A stretch of DNA of 64,000 nucleotides from the NCBI GenBank assembly GCA_964016885.1, contig OZ024740.1, positions 168,268,001 through 168,332,000 of the forward strand, given 5' to 3'. The position numbers and the translations under genes were made by a program. Shown here in pieces: positions 1-10,694 of the stretch. Origin of the DNA: Eledone cirrhosa. Its lineage: Eukaryota. The notes beneath the pieces were generated by a model that had not been told where the DNA came from, did not search any database, and saw only the letters and a program-made list of their open reading frames with translations. Each line of letters opens with the position of its first letter. Positions within the stretch are counted from its first letter, which is position 1.

Positions 1-1457
1 TAAAATAGTTGTTATTTTGTTTAGTTTGTCTATCATTATCTATGTACATAATTTTATCACTATATCCTGCTCTAGCTAACGATTCATTGTAGTACTGGGC
101 TTTTTCGTCGAAAATCTTTCTATTAGACGAGATTCTAGAGATACGTTTTTGAACAGAGTTTACTATAGTATTTTTGACAGATCTGGGGTGGTTAGAGTTA
201 AAGCTGACATAGTTTAAGTTTTCATTCAACTTGTGAAATGGATAGTGAAGACATGTGTTGAGATTTAATGTTATATTTAGGAAATTGACTATTCTATGGT
301 TATTCTCAATTTCTATTTTTAGATTAAAGTAATTAAAAAATTGTGTAATTTGTTTTCTTTTTCTATTTAGTTCAGAGTTATTATTATCAATAAGTAAAAG
401 CATGTCATCTCTATATAAACCTCCGGTAGTACCAGGTATTTTCCTATGCAGCGAATTGATTAAAAATAAGCCCACAAGGTCAGTTACCTGAGCTGAGTCG
501 GATGATCCCATAGTAATGTCAAAATTGCTATCTCTATCTGCTCTGGTCCATAGTTGGTCATTAAATTCTATCAATGTTTTCCTAGCCGATAATATAATGT
601 GCATTTCATTGCTAGTTAGGTCTGTATGTTTGAATGCGTAATTTAGTGCCTTATTTAGTAGATTAGGGGTAATAGAAGAATAATAGTTAGCAATATCAAG
701 TTGAATAAACTTATTATTATTGTTATATTTAATTTGCTTAAACCACTCAACAACCTCTCCAGTTCCCTTCCACAAGCTCAGGTTAGGTAAACAATCCAAG
801 TTTTTAATTTGCTGTATCACCCTGTCAAGAATGTTTTTGCTTAATTTACCCAGGTCCGATTTTGATGGTGCGATCAATCTGACTGGCAAGTCATTTTCAA
901 AATTCCTTTTGTGATCTTTCATATTGATCTTCGGTTTCCTGGGCACGAAAGGTTGTGTTCTGTTCTCAATTTCCAACTCGTGCATTATACAAGATGCTTC
1001 AACATTCATTTTCTCAAGCTCGGCCTTATCTGCTACCTTGTACTTTTTCCTCAGTTCTTTCATTATACATGTCTTTCTGCACTCCATAGAGGTTGTTGGT
1101 CTTGTCAGATTTCACCAAGATCTTCTCAGTTTTCTCTAAGCTCTCAATATTTTCCTTAATGCCTTTCAGATATTCCTGGCCTTTGAAGTTTCTCTTGAAT
1201 TTGACTCCTTGTATGATAGAAATTATATCGTTTTCAAAGTCAGATAAAAGTTTGTTAGGGGGTGGATTTCTTTTAGATTTGAAAACTTTGTTTAAGTCCG
1301 AGACATTTTCATTTATATTAGATTTATCAAAGTGAAATGCTCGCCACCTGATTCTCCTTATAAAAGAGTCAGATTTATCTATTAATTGTTTTATAAAGAC
1401 TTTGTTTCTAGGTAGAGGTATGTCTTTTAAAGAGGAAGTAATCTTAAAGAATTCCAT
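1..1457 (-). mobile_element. Penelope-like retroelement reverse transcriptase ORF (probably Nematis/Neptune type), one frameshift near 1065, runs off the window start
   Basis: ORF 1457->1026 (SSLKDIPLP..IRRIRWRAFHF..VKSDKTNNLY) continues in another frame from about 1063 to the window edge without a stop. It contains KDHKRNF..PVRLIAPSKSDLGKLSK, FIQLDIANYYSSI, FDITMGSSDSAQVTDLVGLF, catalytic GLYRDDML (about 398-421), VNFLNITLNL and YVSFNSNHP, which are PLE RT motifs. Confidence 0.92.
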
Positions 1458-1636
1458 TTTTTTCAGTTATAATATAAAGCGCTCAACAGTATTGGAGCAA
1501 GATACATGGAAAGTTATATTTAAATTGTTGGGTTACAACGAGTAAATATTTATAACTGATATAAAAGCACTCAACAAGTATTTGGAGTATATTTACGATA
1601 TTAAATAAATGGAAACTATATTTATAAAACCATATT

Positions 1637-1702
1637 TATTTCATTATATATATTTCAGGGATATCATATTAACAATATGTTATGCCTTCTTCAGACAAAA
1701 TA
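1637..1702 (-). ncRNA. Type I hammerhead ribozyme motif (family B) in the PLE pLTR
   Basis: Reverse complement reads TATTTTGT-CTGAAGA-[AGG..CATATT gtt AATATG..CCT]-GAA-ATATATAT-A-ATGAAATA. It is sense to the PLE ORF, about 180 nt upstream of the ATG. Confidence 0.75.
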
Positions 1703-2671
1703 CAATATAGACAGTTTTATAAATAAATAGATTTGACATACCTTTCAACATCGACTTGCATTTGAATAGTTGATTTGGCAGTGAAATTTTTATTAATATT
1801 TTTATTTAATTTTTATTAATATTTTTATTTAATTTTTATTTAATATATATTATTGATATTTTTATTAATATATTGAAATCTGTTCTCTATTTCTGCTTGA
1901 TAGATAATCATGTAGAGTAAAGACGAATAGTATTGTTAAAATTAATATAGACTCTATATATATGTGTATATATACACATATATGTATACTTAAATTTTTA
2001 TAGCACAATGAGAATGTTCTCCGTGTGAAATAGGAGTTTGCAGAGTTGATCACGTAAATTCACATCGATGTTTGTAGTTATGATATAAACATATGAATTT
2101 TTTAAAACTAGACATAAGATCATTACTTTTCACACATTATAGATACGTGTCTCATTCATGAATACTGATATTTACATTATAGTGCCTGTTTTTATACGAA
2201 CTAATATTTCTACATTGAAACATAGGGTTTTTAAATTCTGCCTCGCCTATGTCTGGTTACTTTTCATTTTTTTTTTCTCTATATATAACGGCTGGTTTCT
2301 CTCCTAACCACATATATCTCCCTTACATTAATACTAGAGCTAAATAAATAAATAAATAAATAAATAAATGTATCATTGATACGTCATTCAACGGATGTTC
2401 AACTACCTACTTTTCTCTATATATATCTATCTCTATCTATTTCCTCTCTCTATATATCTCTCTCTGTTTCTTTACATGAAGTTCTTCTCTTTATCTATCT
2501 TTCCATCTCTCTATTTAGTTGCATGCATTTCTTATTTTTCTTCGTTTTCTTTCTTTCTTTCCTTCTTTCTTTCTTTCTGTTTACAATTTTCACTGCCAAA
2601 TCAACTTTTCAAATGCAAGTCGATGTTGAAAGGTATGTCAAATCTATTTATTTATAAAACTGTCTATATTG

Positions 2672-2737
2672 TATTTTGTCTGAAGAAGGCATAACATATT
2701 GTTAATATGATATCCCTGAAATATATATAATGAAATA
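2672..2737 (+). ncRNA. Type I hammerhead ribozyme motif (family B), inverted copy
   Basis: CTGAAGA 2680-2686, stem II 2687-2717, GAAA 2718-2721, palindromic stem III, stem I TATTTTGT/ATGAAATA. Confidence 0.75.
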
Positions 2738-3012
2738 AATATGGTTTTATAAATATAGTTTCCATTTATTTAATATCGTAAATATATATTAACAAATTTT
2801 TGACAGCGATACATGCCCCAGCTAACAGGACAGACACGCGTGGTAAGTAATACACACAAAAGCACATATACATACGTACGAAATAGTAAACACATACACA
2901 CACTCTCACACATAAATATACATATACAAATACATAAACACGTACATACACATACATACACAAACACGTACACGTATATAATATAAACACACACATGTAT
3001 ATGTAATTATAT

Positions 3013-3054
<42 letters not shown>

Positions 3055-3317
3055 ACATACAAAAATATAAAAATATAAACGCACACACACATATAAATAC
3101 GTAAACACACATATACATACATAGCTAAACAATTATACACATGCAAATACGTATATATCAAAAGCACGCACAACCAAATACAAACACACACACACACACC
3201 CACACACACACCCACACATACATAAAAATAAATAAATACACACGCACACATATACATACATACACATACATATACACATATATACATATACATATATATA
3301 TATATACATATACATAC

Positions 3318-3368
<51 letters not shown>

Positions 3369-3510
3369 CACGTACACATACACACATGAATACACATACA
3401 CACACACATATACATGTGTGTATGTGTAAAGCTCAGTATTAGATAAGACAAATGAACCTTACATAAACGTATATATAGTAGTAAAGTAGTAAAGCCATAC
3501 AAGGCAATTA

Positions 3511-3570
3511 ATCCATTCACCAGAGGTTTCTTAAAAGCAAAAAAAGTTTCCTTCAATCTTCAGAATGAAA
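3511..3570 (-). ncRNA. Degenerate hammerhead motif at the 3' end of the PLE endonuclease fragment (cleavage triplet GUG, likely inactive)
   Basis: Reverse complement reads TTTCATT-CTGAAGA-TTGAAGGAAAC..TTTTGCTTTTAA-GAAACC-TCT-GGTG-AATGGA. Homologous to 5752-5813. Confidence 0.6.
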
Positions 3571-3642
3571 AAAAGCCTGGTTTATCCACATATACATACA
3601 TATATACACACAAATATACAATTATATACACACATACACACA

Positions 3643-3682
<40 letters not shown>

Positions 3683-3683
3683 C

Positions 3684-3758
<75 letters not shown>

Positions 3759-4005
3759 TATATACACAAACATATACGTACATATATACATACATACACA
3801 TATATATATATATACACACAAAAATACATACACATACACATAGGTATGTGAAGGGCAAAACAAAAAGAATATATGGGGGGGGGGCTAAGAGGAGGTAAAA
3901 ATATAAGGGGAGGTAAGGGAGAAAAAAATGTTAAATATACAAGAGTACAGAAGGTAGAATCAGCAAAATAAAAACCGTAGCAAAAGTAAAGAGCAGAGTA
4001 TGAGT

Positions 4006-4720
4006 TCAAGGCGGTTGATTTATCGTAGGAGTGTCAATCCAGTTACAGATCAGATGCGATTTCAGATGAGGACAGCATCTGAAGATCTCAGTCTTTGAGT
4101 TAAGGCAAGCGGAAGTGGCTCTCAAGTTTAGCAAAATCCTATACTTTTCTGTGGTACACAAAGAACAATTCTTTGTGCCCCTTTGGTACTCCCTCGAATG
4201 GTCTAATATAGACCAATCAATAGAGTACGGGATATTACTATCCTTGAGATCCCATACCTTACTTGCGAGGGCCGTTGATGTTCGTTTATCTGAGTGTTTA
4301 AAAGAAGCGACATGTGAGTAAAATCTGGTTTTAAACCTGTCCTGGATCATACCGACATATCGCTCACTTCTGGCTGGCTGGTTGTTGATAACTGGCGTTA
4401 TCTTAGCCTCATAAACGACAGATTTTGTGTTACATTTACCCTGCAATGGGCATTCATCCGGCTTCCTGCAACTGCATCCTGGATTTATCCTCGTACGGTT
4501 TGAACTGGTGATTTTGGACTTCATGGATGGGCAACAAGAGTAGCTGATCTTAACTACATTCCTATTAAAAATCTTATAATATCTATGAATAGGAGGAAAA
4601 TGTTTGTCTAATAGTTCAAGGAATTTCCTTCCTACATTAGTTTTGACATTTAGAGAGAAGGGGGGTGTGAACCAAATAATCTTCCTTTTCCTGTTATTAT
4701 GGTTAGTTTTAGGGGGGGGG
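4006..4720 (-). mobile_element. 5'-truncated Penelope-like element: thumb/linker plus C-terminal GIY-YIG endonuclease
   Basis: In frame upstream of the listed ORF: RKRKIIWFTPPFSLNVKTNVGRKFLELLDKHFP..KIFNRNVVKISYSC. Then a CSCRKPDECPLQGKC linker, SVVYEA..RYVGM..FKTRFYSH, CSLCTTEKYRI and LNSKTE..CPH. Confidence 0.92.
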
Positions 4721-4928
4721 AGTAGGTAAATAAGAAATATTTTCTGTAAAACCGCTGTTCTTTATTTATTTTTATGTATGTGTGGGTGTGTGTGTGTGTG
4801 TGTTTGTATTTGGTTGTGCGTGCTTTTGATATATACGTATTTGCATGTGTATAATTGTTTAGCTATGTATGTATATGTGTGTTTACGTATTTATATGTGT
4901 GTGTGCGTTTATATTTTTATATTTTTGT

Positions 4929-4972
<44 letters not shown>

Positions 4973-5362
4973 ATATAATTACATATAGATGTGTGTGTTT
5001 ATATTATATACGTGTACGTGTTTGTGTATGTATGTGTATGTACGTGTTTATGTATTTGTATATGTATATTTATGTGTGAGAGTGTGTGTATGTGTTTACT
5101 ATTTCGTACGTATGTATATGTGCTTTTGTGTGTATTACTTACCACGCGTGTCTGTCCTGTTAGCTGGGGCATGTATCGCTGTCAAAAATTTGTTAATATA
5201 TATTTATATATTTTTTTCTTATATTTATTTGCGTGCGTGAATATGTAGTGGAGTGCATTCATGTATGTGTATGTATGTACGTTGTATGTTTGTGTGAATG
5301 TATGTATGTGTATATATATGTGTGTGTGTATGTGTATGCTTGTACACACACATGTGTGTATG

Positions 5363-5401
<39 letters not shown>

Positions 5402-5430
5402 GTGTATATATATATATATGTGTGTGTGTA

Positions 5431-5478
<48 letters not shown>

Positions 5479-5751
5479 AATGTATGTATGTGTATATGTG
5501 TGTATATATATGTGTATGTGTGTGTAGGTGTACGCTTTATATATATATATATGTGTATATGTATATGTGTATGCGTACATTTATATATATGTATATATGT
5601 ATGTGTGTGTAAGTATGCTTTTGTGTTTTTTTGTGTGTGTTTGCATGTGTAGTTTTATTTTATTTTTCCTTTCCTTCTCCCTTTTCCAGCCTCACTTTCA
5701 TATAGATTGCATTTTTGTTTTTAGAATCCATATTCAATAAACAAACCAGGA

Positions 5752-5813
5752 TTTTTCATTCTGAGGATTGAAAGCAAAACCTTTTGCTTTTAAGAAACCA
5801 CTGGTAAATGGAA
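5752..5813 (+). ncRNA. Type I minimal hammerhead ribozyme motif
   Basis: Stem I TTTCATT/AATGGAA, CTGAGGA 5761-5767, stem II TTGAAAGCAAAA/TTTTGCTTTTAA, GAAA 5794-5797, stem III ACC-act-GGT, cleavage triplet GUA at 5804-5806. Confidence 0.78.
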
Positions 5814-5839
5814 TAATTGCCTTAAGTTGTTTATTACAT

Positions 5840-5925
<86 letters not shown>

Positions 5926-6009
5926 ATATATATATATATATAGTGGTAGAAAACTGGAAGGTAATATCCGTAGTGGTAGAGCACTGAGTCCATGGGACGA
6001 GTTAGGTAG

Positions 6010-6128
6010 AAGTGGTGACACAACAGTTAGTTCACCATACCGAGAACAATTGTTTGACCTTAGCTGAGGATCCGCTAAGGTGAAACAATTGTTCTCGGTA
6101 TGGTGAACTAACTGTTGTGTAACCACTT
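6010..6128. repeat. Fold-back with arms of about 55 bp whose loop and right arm contain an HHR core
   Basis: AAGTGG..CCTTAGC pairs with GCTAAGG..CCACTT. CTGAGGA-TCCGCTAAGGT-GAA-ACAATTGT-T lies at 6064-6093. Confidence 0.75.
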
Positions 6129-6235
6129 ATATATATATATATATATACATATATAAAATTGAGATGAGCTGAACAAGTAAATTTTAAACATTCTTTCAAA
6201 ATAAATTAAAATACAATTTAACTATTCTCCTATCC

Positions 6236-6324
6236 AAATTGCTTTTACCGACGGTTTCGCCTCACAAAAGATTGGGAATCCAAAGGACTTCCAATGGAAA
6301 GATCGGCTCTTCAGAACGCTATTT
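6236..6324 (-). ncRNA. Type I hammerhead motif with extended stem II
   Basis: Reverse complement reads AAATAGCGTT-CTGAAGA-GCC[..ATTGGAAGTCC ttt GGATTCCCAAT..]GGC-GAA-ACCGTCGGT-A-AAAGCAATTT. Stem I has two mismatches. Confidence 0.6.
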
Positions 6325-6664
6325 CCATTATATAGGATTTAAAATCCCATAGCAAGCAAATACACCTGTGAAAGATTGAGTGGGCCGTTAAAAATTGACC
6401 TACGCGTGAACTGGTCGTCTAGTGAAAGCGGGGATATTATAGACTTGTTGTATGCCACACTACTAAAAATAGCAGCTAGGTACAACGTTTTTTCTCTATA
6501 TTTATATATTTATGTGAATATATATACATATTACAGATAAATGTATTTATATATTTATGTGAATAAATAAATAAATATATATATATATATGTAAATATAT
6601 ATATATATTCATATAGATAGATAATGTGTGTGTGTGTGTGTGAGAGTGTGAGAGAGAGAGAGAG

Positions 6665-6747
<83 letters not shown>

Positions 6748-6944
6748 AAGGAGAAAAAGGAGGGAACTATAGAAATATAGAAAATGAATAGTGAATACAG
6801 AATCAACAGAAAAAAAAATCGTGAGATAAACATAATGTATGATGGAAGCAGGGTGTTGTAGAAAGCCACGTAAGCGGACAAGTGAACTTTCTGCCTAATG
6901 TAAGAAATTATTTCATAGAAGTAATAACAGTTCTTTGCTGGTAA

Positions 6945-7016
6945 GGTCTCATGGTGTAATGGTTAGCACTCTGGACTTTGAATCCAGCGATCCGAGTTCA
7001 AATCTCGGTGAGACCT
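6945..7016 (+). tRNA. tRNA-Gln (anticodon TTG)
   Basis: 72-nt cloverleaf GGTCTCA..TGAGACCT with A and B boxes, anticodon arm CTGGA-CT-TTG-AA-TCCAG, and an oligo-T terminator at about 7026-7032. Confidence 0.95.
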
Positions 7017-7561
7017 AAATTGTTATTTTTTTATGAAATGGTTATTTAGTTCGAAATCGTCTATTTTAAACATATTTACGTAACTTGCTGAGCTTTCGTA
7101 CAGTTTATATCGGAGATGGGATGATGTAATATTCACAAACAACAGCGCGGCATATGTCAGATCTAACAACCGCGTACAATATTTTGTTAAAGAATGACGT
7201 CGGAAAAGAATGAGAAGATAGAACAATAGAGAGAGATAAAGAGAGGAGTAGGCTGTAAAAAGACGTAGGTAGACGTGTAATGCAAATATAGTGAAACATG
7301 AAGGAAATAATCCAAGAAGAATTGAGAAATTAAGGTAGGAGTATGGGCAAGCTGAACGTGTGATACAGCTATAGGTAAATACTTACAAGTCTGTGCTATT
7401 TTCTGACAAAAATAGTCAACCTTAGAAATACAGTTGACATAAACTTTAATTATTATATTATTCACAGTTGTAAATATTACAAATTGCTGTCAATTCTTTC
7501 AGAATGAAAAGTTAAACACTTTTTTAGATAAAGTAAATGTAGTTGTCAGTTCAGCAGGTAT

Positions 7562-7633
7562 GGTCTCATGGTGTAATGGTTAGCACTCTGGACTCTGAAT
7601 CCAGCGATCCGAGTTCAAATCTCGGTGAGACCT
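7562..7633 (+). tRNA. tRNA-Gln (anticodon CTG)
   Basis: Identical to 6945-7016 except that the anticodon is CTG. Confidence 0.93.
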
Positions 7634-8016
7634 TGGTTGTTAATTATATGAAATGGTTATTTAGTTTGAAATCGTCTATTTTAAACATATTTTACGCAAC
7701 TTGCTGAGCTTCCGTACAACAATGCGGCATATGTCACAGATTGGGCTGCCATTTCTAGAAGATCTAACAATCACGTAGAATTTTTTGTTAAAGAATAACG
7801 CCGGAAAAAGAATGAGAAGATAGCAAAAGAAAGAGAGAAATTACGAGAGAAAGAGGAGTGGCGTGTAAAAACACTTAGGTAAACGTATAACGCAAATATA
7901 GCGAAACATTTGTTTAAATACAAGGTACTGCATAACAGGACTAAACCAAGAACCACGGGGTTTCGAAGCAAATTTCTCATTTACACAGCCATGCCTGTAC
8001 CTATAAGCACTTTTTT

Positions 8017-8910
8017 TACGAGACTTGCGGATAAAGTTGTCCGATGCGCCTCACAGTGAGACTGAACCCAGAACAACGTGCTTTCCATGCTAACTTCTTG
8101 ATGATGAGTGTACTCGCATCGGAGTAGCCCAACGCCTTGGCCTCTGCGTGTGTGAGCCACATAAATGCCGCTGCGGGGTGGTTGTTGACAAGTTCGGCCT
8201 GCACCTTCTGGCTTGCCACCAGGGCGCAGGCCGGTTCCCCTGACACGCCGCTCTCAATGACATATTGAGAAAAAGCCTGGACGCAGCTGGCTTTCCATCT
8301 CAACTGGAGCCAGCGGGCCTAGACGGCAGGAATGGCAAGCGCCCCGTCGGAATCACCCGCTTCCCATTCAAAGGAGGTAGATCCTTCATCTGGGACGCCA
8401 CCTGCTTCGACACGTTCTTCTTCTCCAACTTAGTCACTTCGGCCACAAACCCCGGCATCACAGCCCGCCTCACAGAAGAACATAAAATAAACAAATACCG
8501 GGGTTTGTCCGGCCGCTTCCTCTTCGCACCAGTTGTCGTCGAGACCTCAGGCGTACTTGAACCCCGTACTGCCGAGCCCCTCTGCAAGATCGGAGCATCG
8601 GCGGCCCGTCTGAGGAAGGGCCCCGCGAGGTTGGGTGGCTGTTGCAGCGGGTGTCACCGGGTATCGACCGAGGGAATGCTTTTGCTGTTATGTCAACGGG
8701 GTGCAGCACTTCTGCCCGCTTGCCCTAGGCCCAATGCCCAATCACCCTCCCTCTTCACCCCTCCCCTCTCTTCTGCGGCACCAGAGCTCTTGCCATCTCC
8801 TCCCCTTCCCGTTATTTTTCTTCTTTCTTTCTCTCCTTTTTTTCTATGTTTCCCTATTCTTTCTTTCCTTTTGTTTCCCCTTTTTTATTATTTCTATATT
8901 GAAAATAAAT
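8017..8910 (+). mobile_element. Degenerate 3' fragment of a CRE-like (restriction-like endonuclease) non-LTR retrotransposon
   Basis: A Cys/His knuckle remnant is followed by QLEPAGLDGRNGKRPVGITRFPFKGGRSFIWDATCFDT..K.NKY..FAPVVVETSGVL (PD..D/ExK RLE region), then a pyrimidine-rich 3' UTR and AATAAA at about 8904. Confidence 0.8.
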
Positions 8911-9254
8911 CACTATATACATAGAATAATGTACAAATGTCAGGAAAGTGAACAGTGTATGCGTCCTAATACACCCGCGCGTGCACATACATACACACAT
9001 ACACACGTGCGTGCGTATGTATGGAGGGGGAATATCAGGTGCAGTGTTGGCGAATTTCGGGGAGCATGGAAGTTTTGGAGGATGAAAATGTTTCCGAAAA
9101 TAATGGGAGCTGTACTGTTTTCCGATTTTGTAAGCATGTACTCTGTGTTAGACATATGAAATTCAAAATTGTGCTCAGGGTTGTTGTTGGAAAGATAGTT
9201 TATAACCTTATGGCTGTCTACCAAGTCAGTTGTCACGTAGAGTCTTCCTTTATT

Positions 9255-9310
9255 AACAGAAGTGTAATGGCAAGCATTCAGGACTTTGAATCTAGTGATC
9301 TGACTTGATG
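9255..9310 (+). pseudogene. tRNA-Gln pseudogene remnant
   Basis: GTGTAATGGCAAGCATTCAGGACTTTGAATCTAGTGATCTGA aligns to the intact tRNA-Gln(TTG) with multiple substitutions. Confidence 0.7.
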
Positions 9311-9692
9311 GTTAATATCTATTTAACGACATTCAATTTCAAATTGCATATATACTTTCAACCATTAGACTGCGGTTATGCTGTAAATGAAGAAATAGTT
9401 ACACATTTGGGATATCGAAACTGTATCATCCTATGTGCTTACATTTCACATCTTTCGCTCAGGGCCCCTGACTAAGAATTTTCAAGACAGAAATGTACTA
9501 CATTCGGTCCCTGGAGATGAGAGCTCCCCTCTAGATTCAAGAAGAACGAATGTTTATATATATTTTTTTTAGTTGTGTTTTATAGGAAGGGAGGAACAGA
9601 TATTTACGGACTCACATTTGACTCTTCGTGCCCTGACGGTTTTATAGGCGCTGCTTACTCTACGTCAGTTGCTGCAATGAAGATCTTGTACT

Positions 9693-9782
<90 letters not shown>

Positions 9783-10070
9783 TACACACACACATATATC
9801 TATATATATATTAGAACTGGAGCTCTGAAATACCAATATATATATGGATGTATATATAATGTATTTTGCAATACACTTTATGCTTAATTAAAAGCATTTT
9901 GAAGACCGTATGCTATTGTTTTAGAGTAGTGACAAATTCACTTACTTTAATCTCAGCAAACCATTTTTAATTTCTGCCTGACCAACAATCGCTCTGTATA
10001 ATCAGTTCCTGATTATTTACTAGAATTCTATAAGAATATAACATCAGTAATCTCAGTAGACAGGAGGGGT

Positions 10071-10119
10071 AGTTAGCCTTGATAAGCTTCAACAAAAGCG
10101 AAACAAGGCCTTGTCGGCT
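10071..10119 (+). ncRNA. Type I hammerhead motif with U3-A8 core variant (family A)
   Basis: AGTTAGCC-TTGATAA-GCTTCAACAAAAGC-GAA-ACAAGGCCTTGT-C-GGCT, with palindromic stem III and a GUC triplet at 10113-10115. Confidence 0.8.
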
Positions 10120-10389
10120 TATCTCCCCTGTTTGCTGAGATCAAAGTAAGTGAATTTGTCACTACTCTAAAAATCAATAGCTTACGGTCTTCAAAATGTT
10201 TTTAATTAAGCATAAAGTGTATTGCAAAATACATTATATATACATCCATATATATATTGCTATTTCAGAGCTCCAATTCTAATTTTTAATTTCTGCCTGA
10301 CCAACAATCGCTCTGTATAATCAGTTCCTGATTATTTACTAGAATTCTATAAGAATATAAGATCAGTAATCTCAGTAGACAGGAGGGGT

Positions 10390-10438
10390 AGTTAGCCTTG
10401 ATAAGCTTCAACAAAAGCGAAACAAGGCCTTGTCGGCT
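10390..10438 (+). ncRNA. Type I hammerhead motif with U3-A8 core variant (family A, unit 2)
   Basis: Identical to 10071-10119, 319 bp downstream. Confidence 0.8.
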
Positions 10439-10560
10439 TATCTCCCCTGTTTTCTGAGATTAAAGTAAGTGAATTTGTCACTACTCTAAAACAATAGCAT
10501 ACGGTCTTCAAAATGCTTTTAATTAAGCATAAAGTGTATTGCAAAACACATTATATATAC

Positions 10561-10595
<35 letters not shown>

Positions 10596-10694
10596 TATAT
10601 ATACATATATATATATATACACACATATATATATATAGTAATATTAATTATGAAGACCAAAATCAAAAGAGGGCTCAATAAGGATTATATATAT

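Larger units (their letters stand above)
1460..2790. mobile_element. PLE pseudo-LTR upstream of the RT ORF plus an inverted 3'-end copy (arms about 1590-1790 and 2586-2790)
   Basis: A near-identical inverted repeat of about 200 bp carries an HHR in each arm. This is the canonical PLE pLTR/inverted arrangement. Homologous to 28567-29855. Confidence 0.75.
2790..5210. repeat. Inverted duplication of about 450 bp (2790-3235 versus 4760-5210) flanking the PLE endonuclease fragment
   Basis: The unique core ACCACGCGTGTCTGTCCTGTTAGCTGGGGCATGTATCGCTGTCAAAAATTTG is at about 5141-5192 (+) and as reverse complement at about 2793-2844. The two ORF translations match. Confidence 0.85.
9811..10560 (+). mobile_element. 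Retrozyme-like repeat family A: about 1.9 tandem 319-bp units preceded by an inverted 150-bp partial copy
   Basis: ATTTTTAATTTCTGCCTGACC starts at 9963 and again at 10282 (period 319). 9811-9960 is the reverse complement of part of the unit. Flanked by (TA)n, no ORF, one HHR per unit. Confidence 0.85.

Noticed and set aside
4006-4524. Possible selenoprotein-encoding Naiad-type PLE
   Set aside because: The endonuclease is C-terminal and the conserved Cys positions are normal codons, with no in-frame TGA.
9460-9512. HHR-like AGGGCCC-CTGACTA..GAAATGTACTACATTC-GGTCCCT
   Set aside because: The core has G8 changed to T and stem II does not pair. At best a decayed relic.
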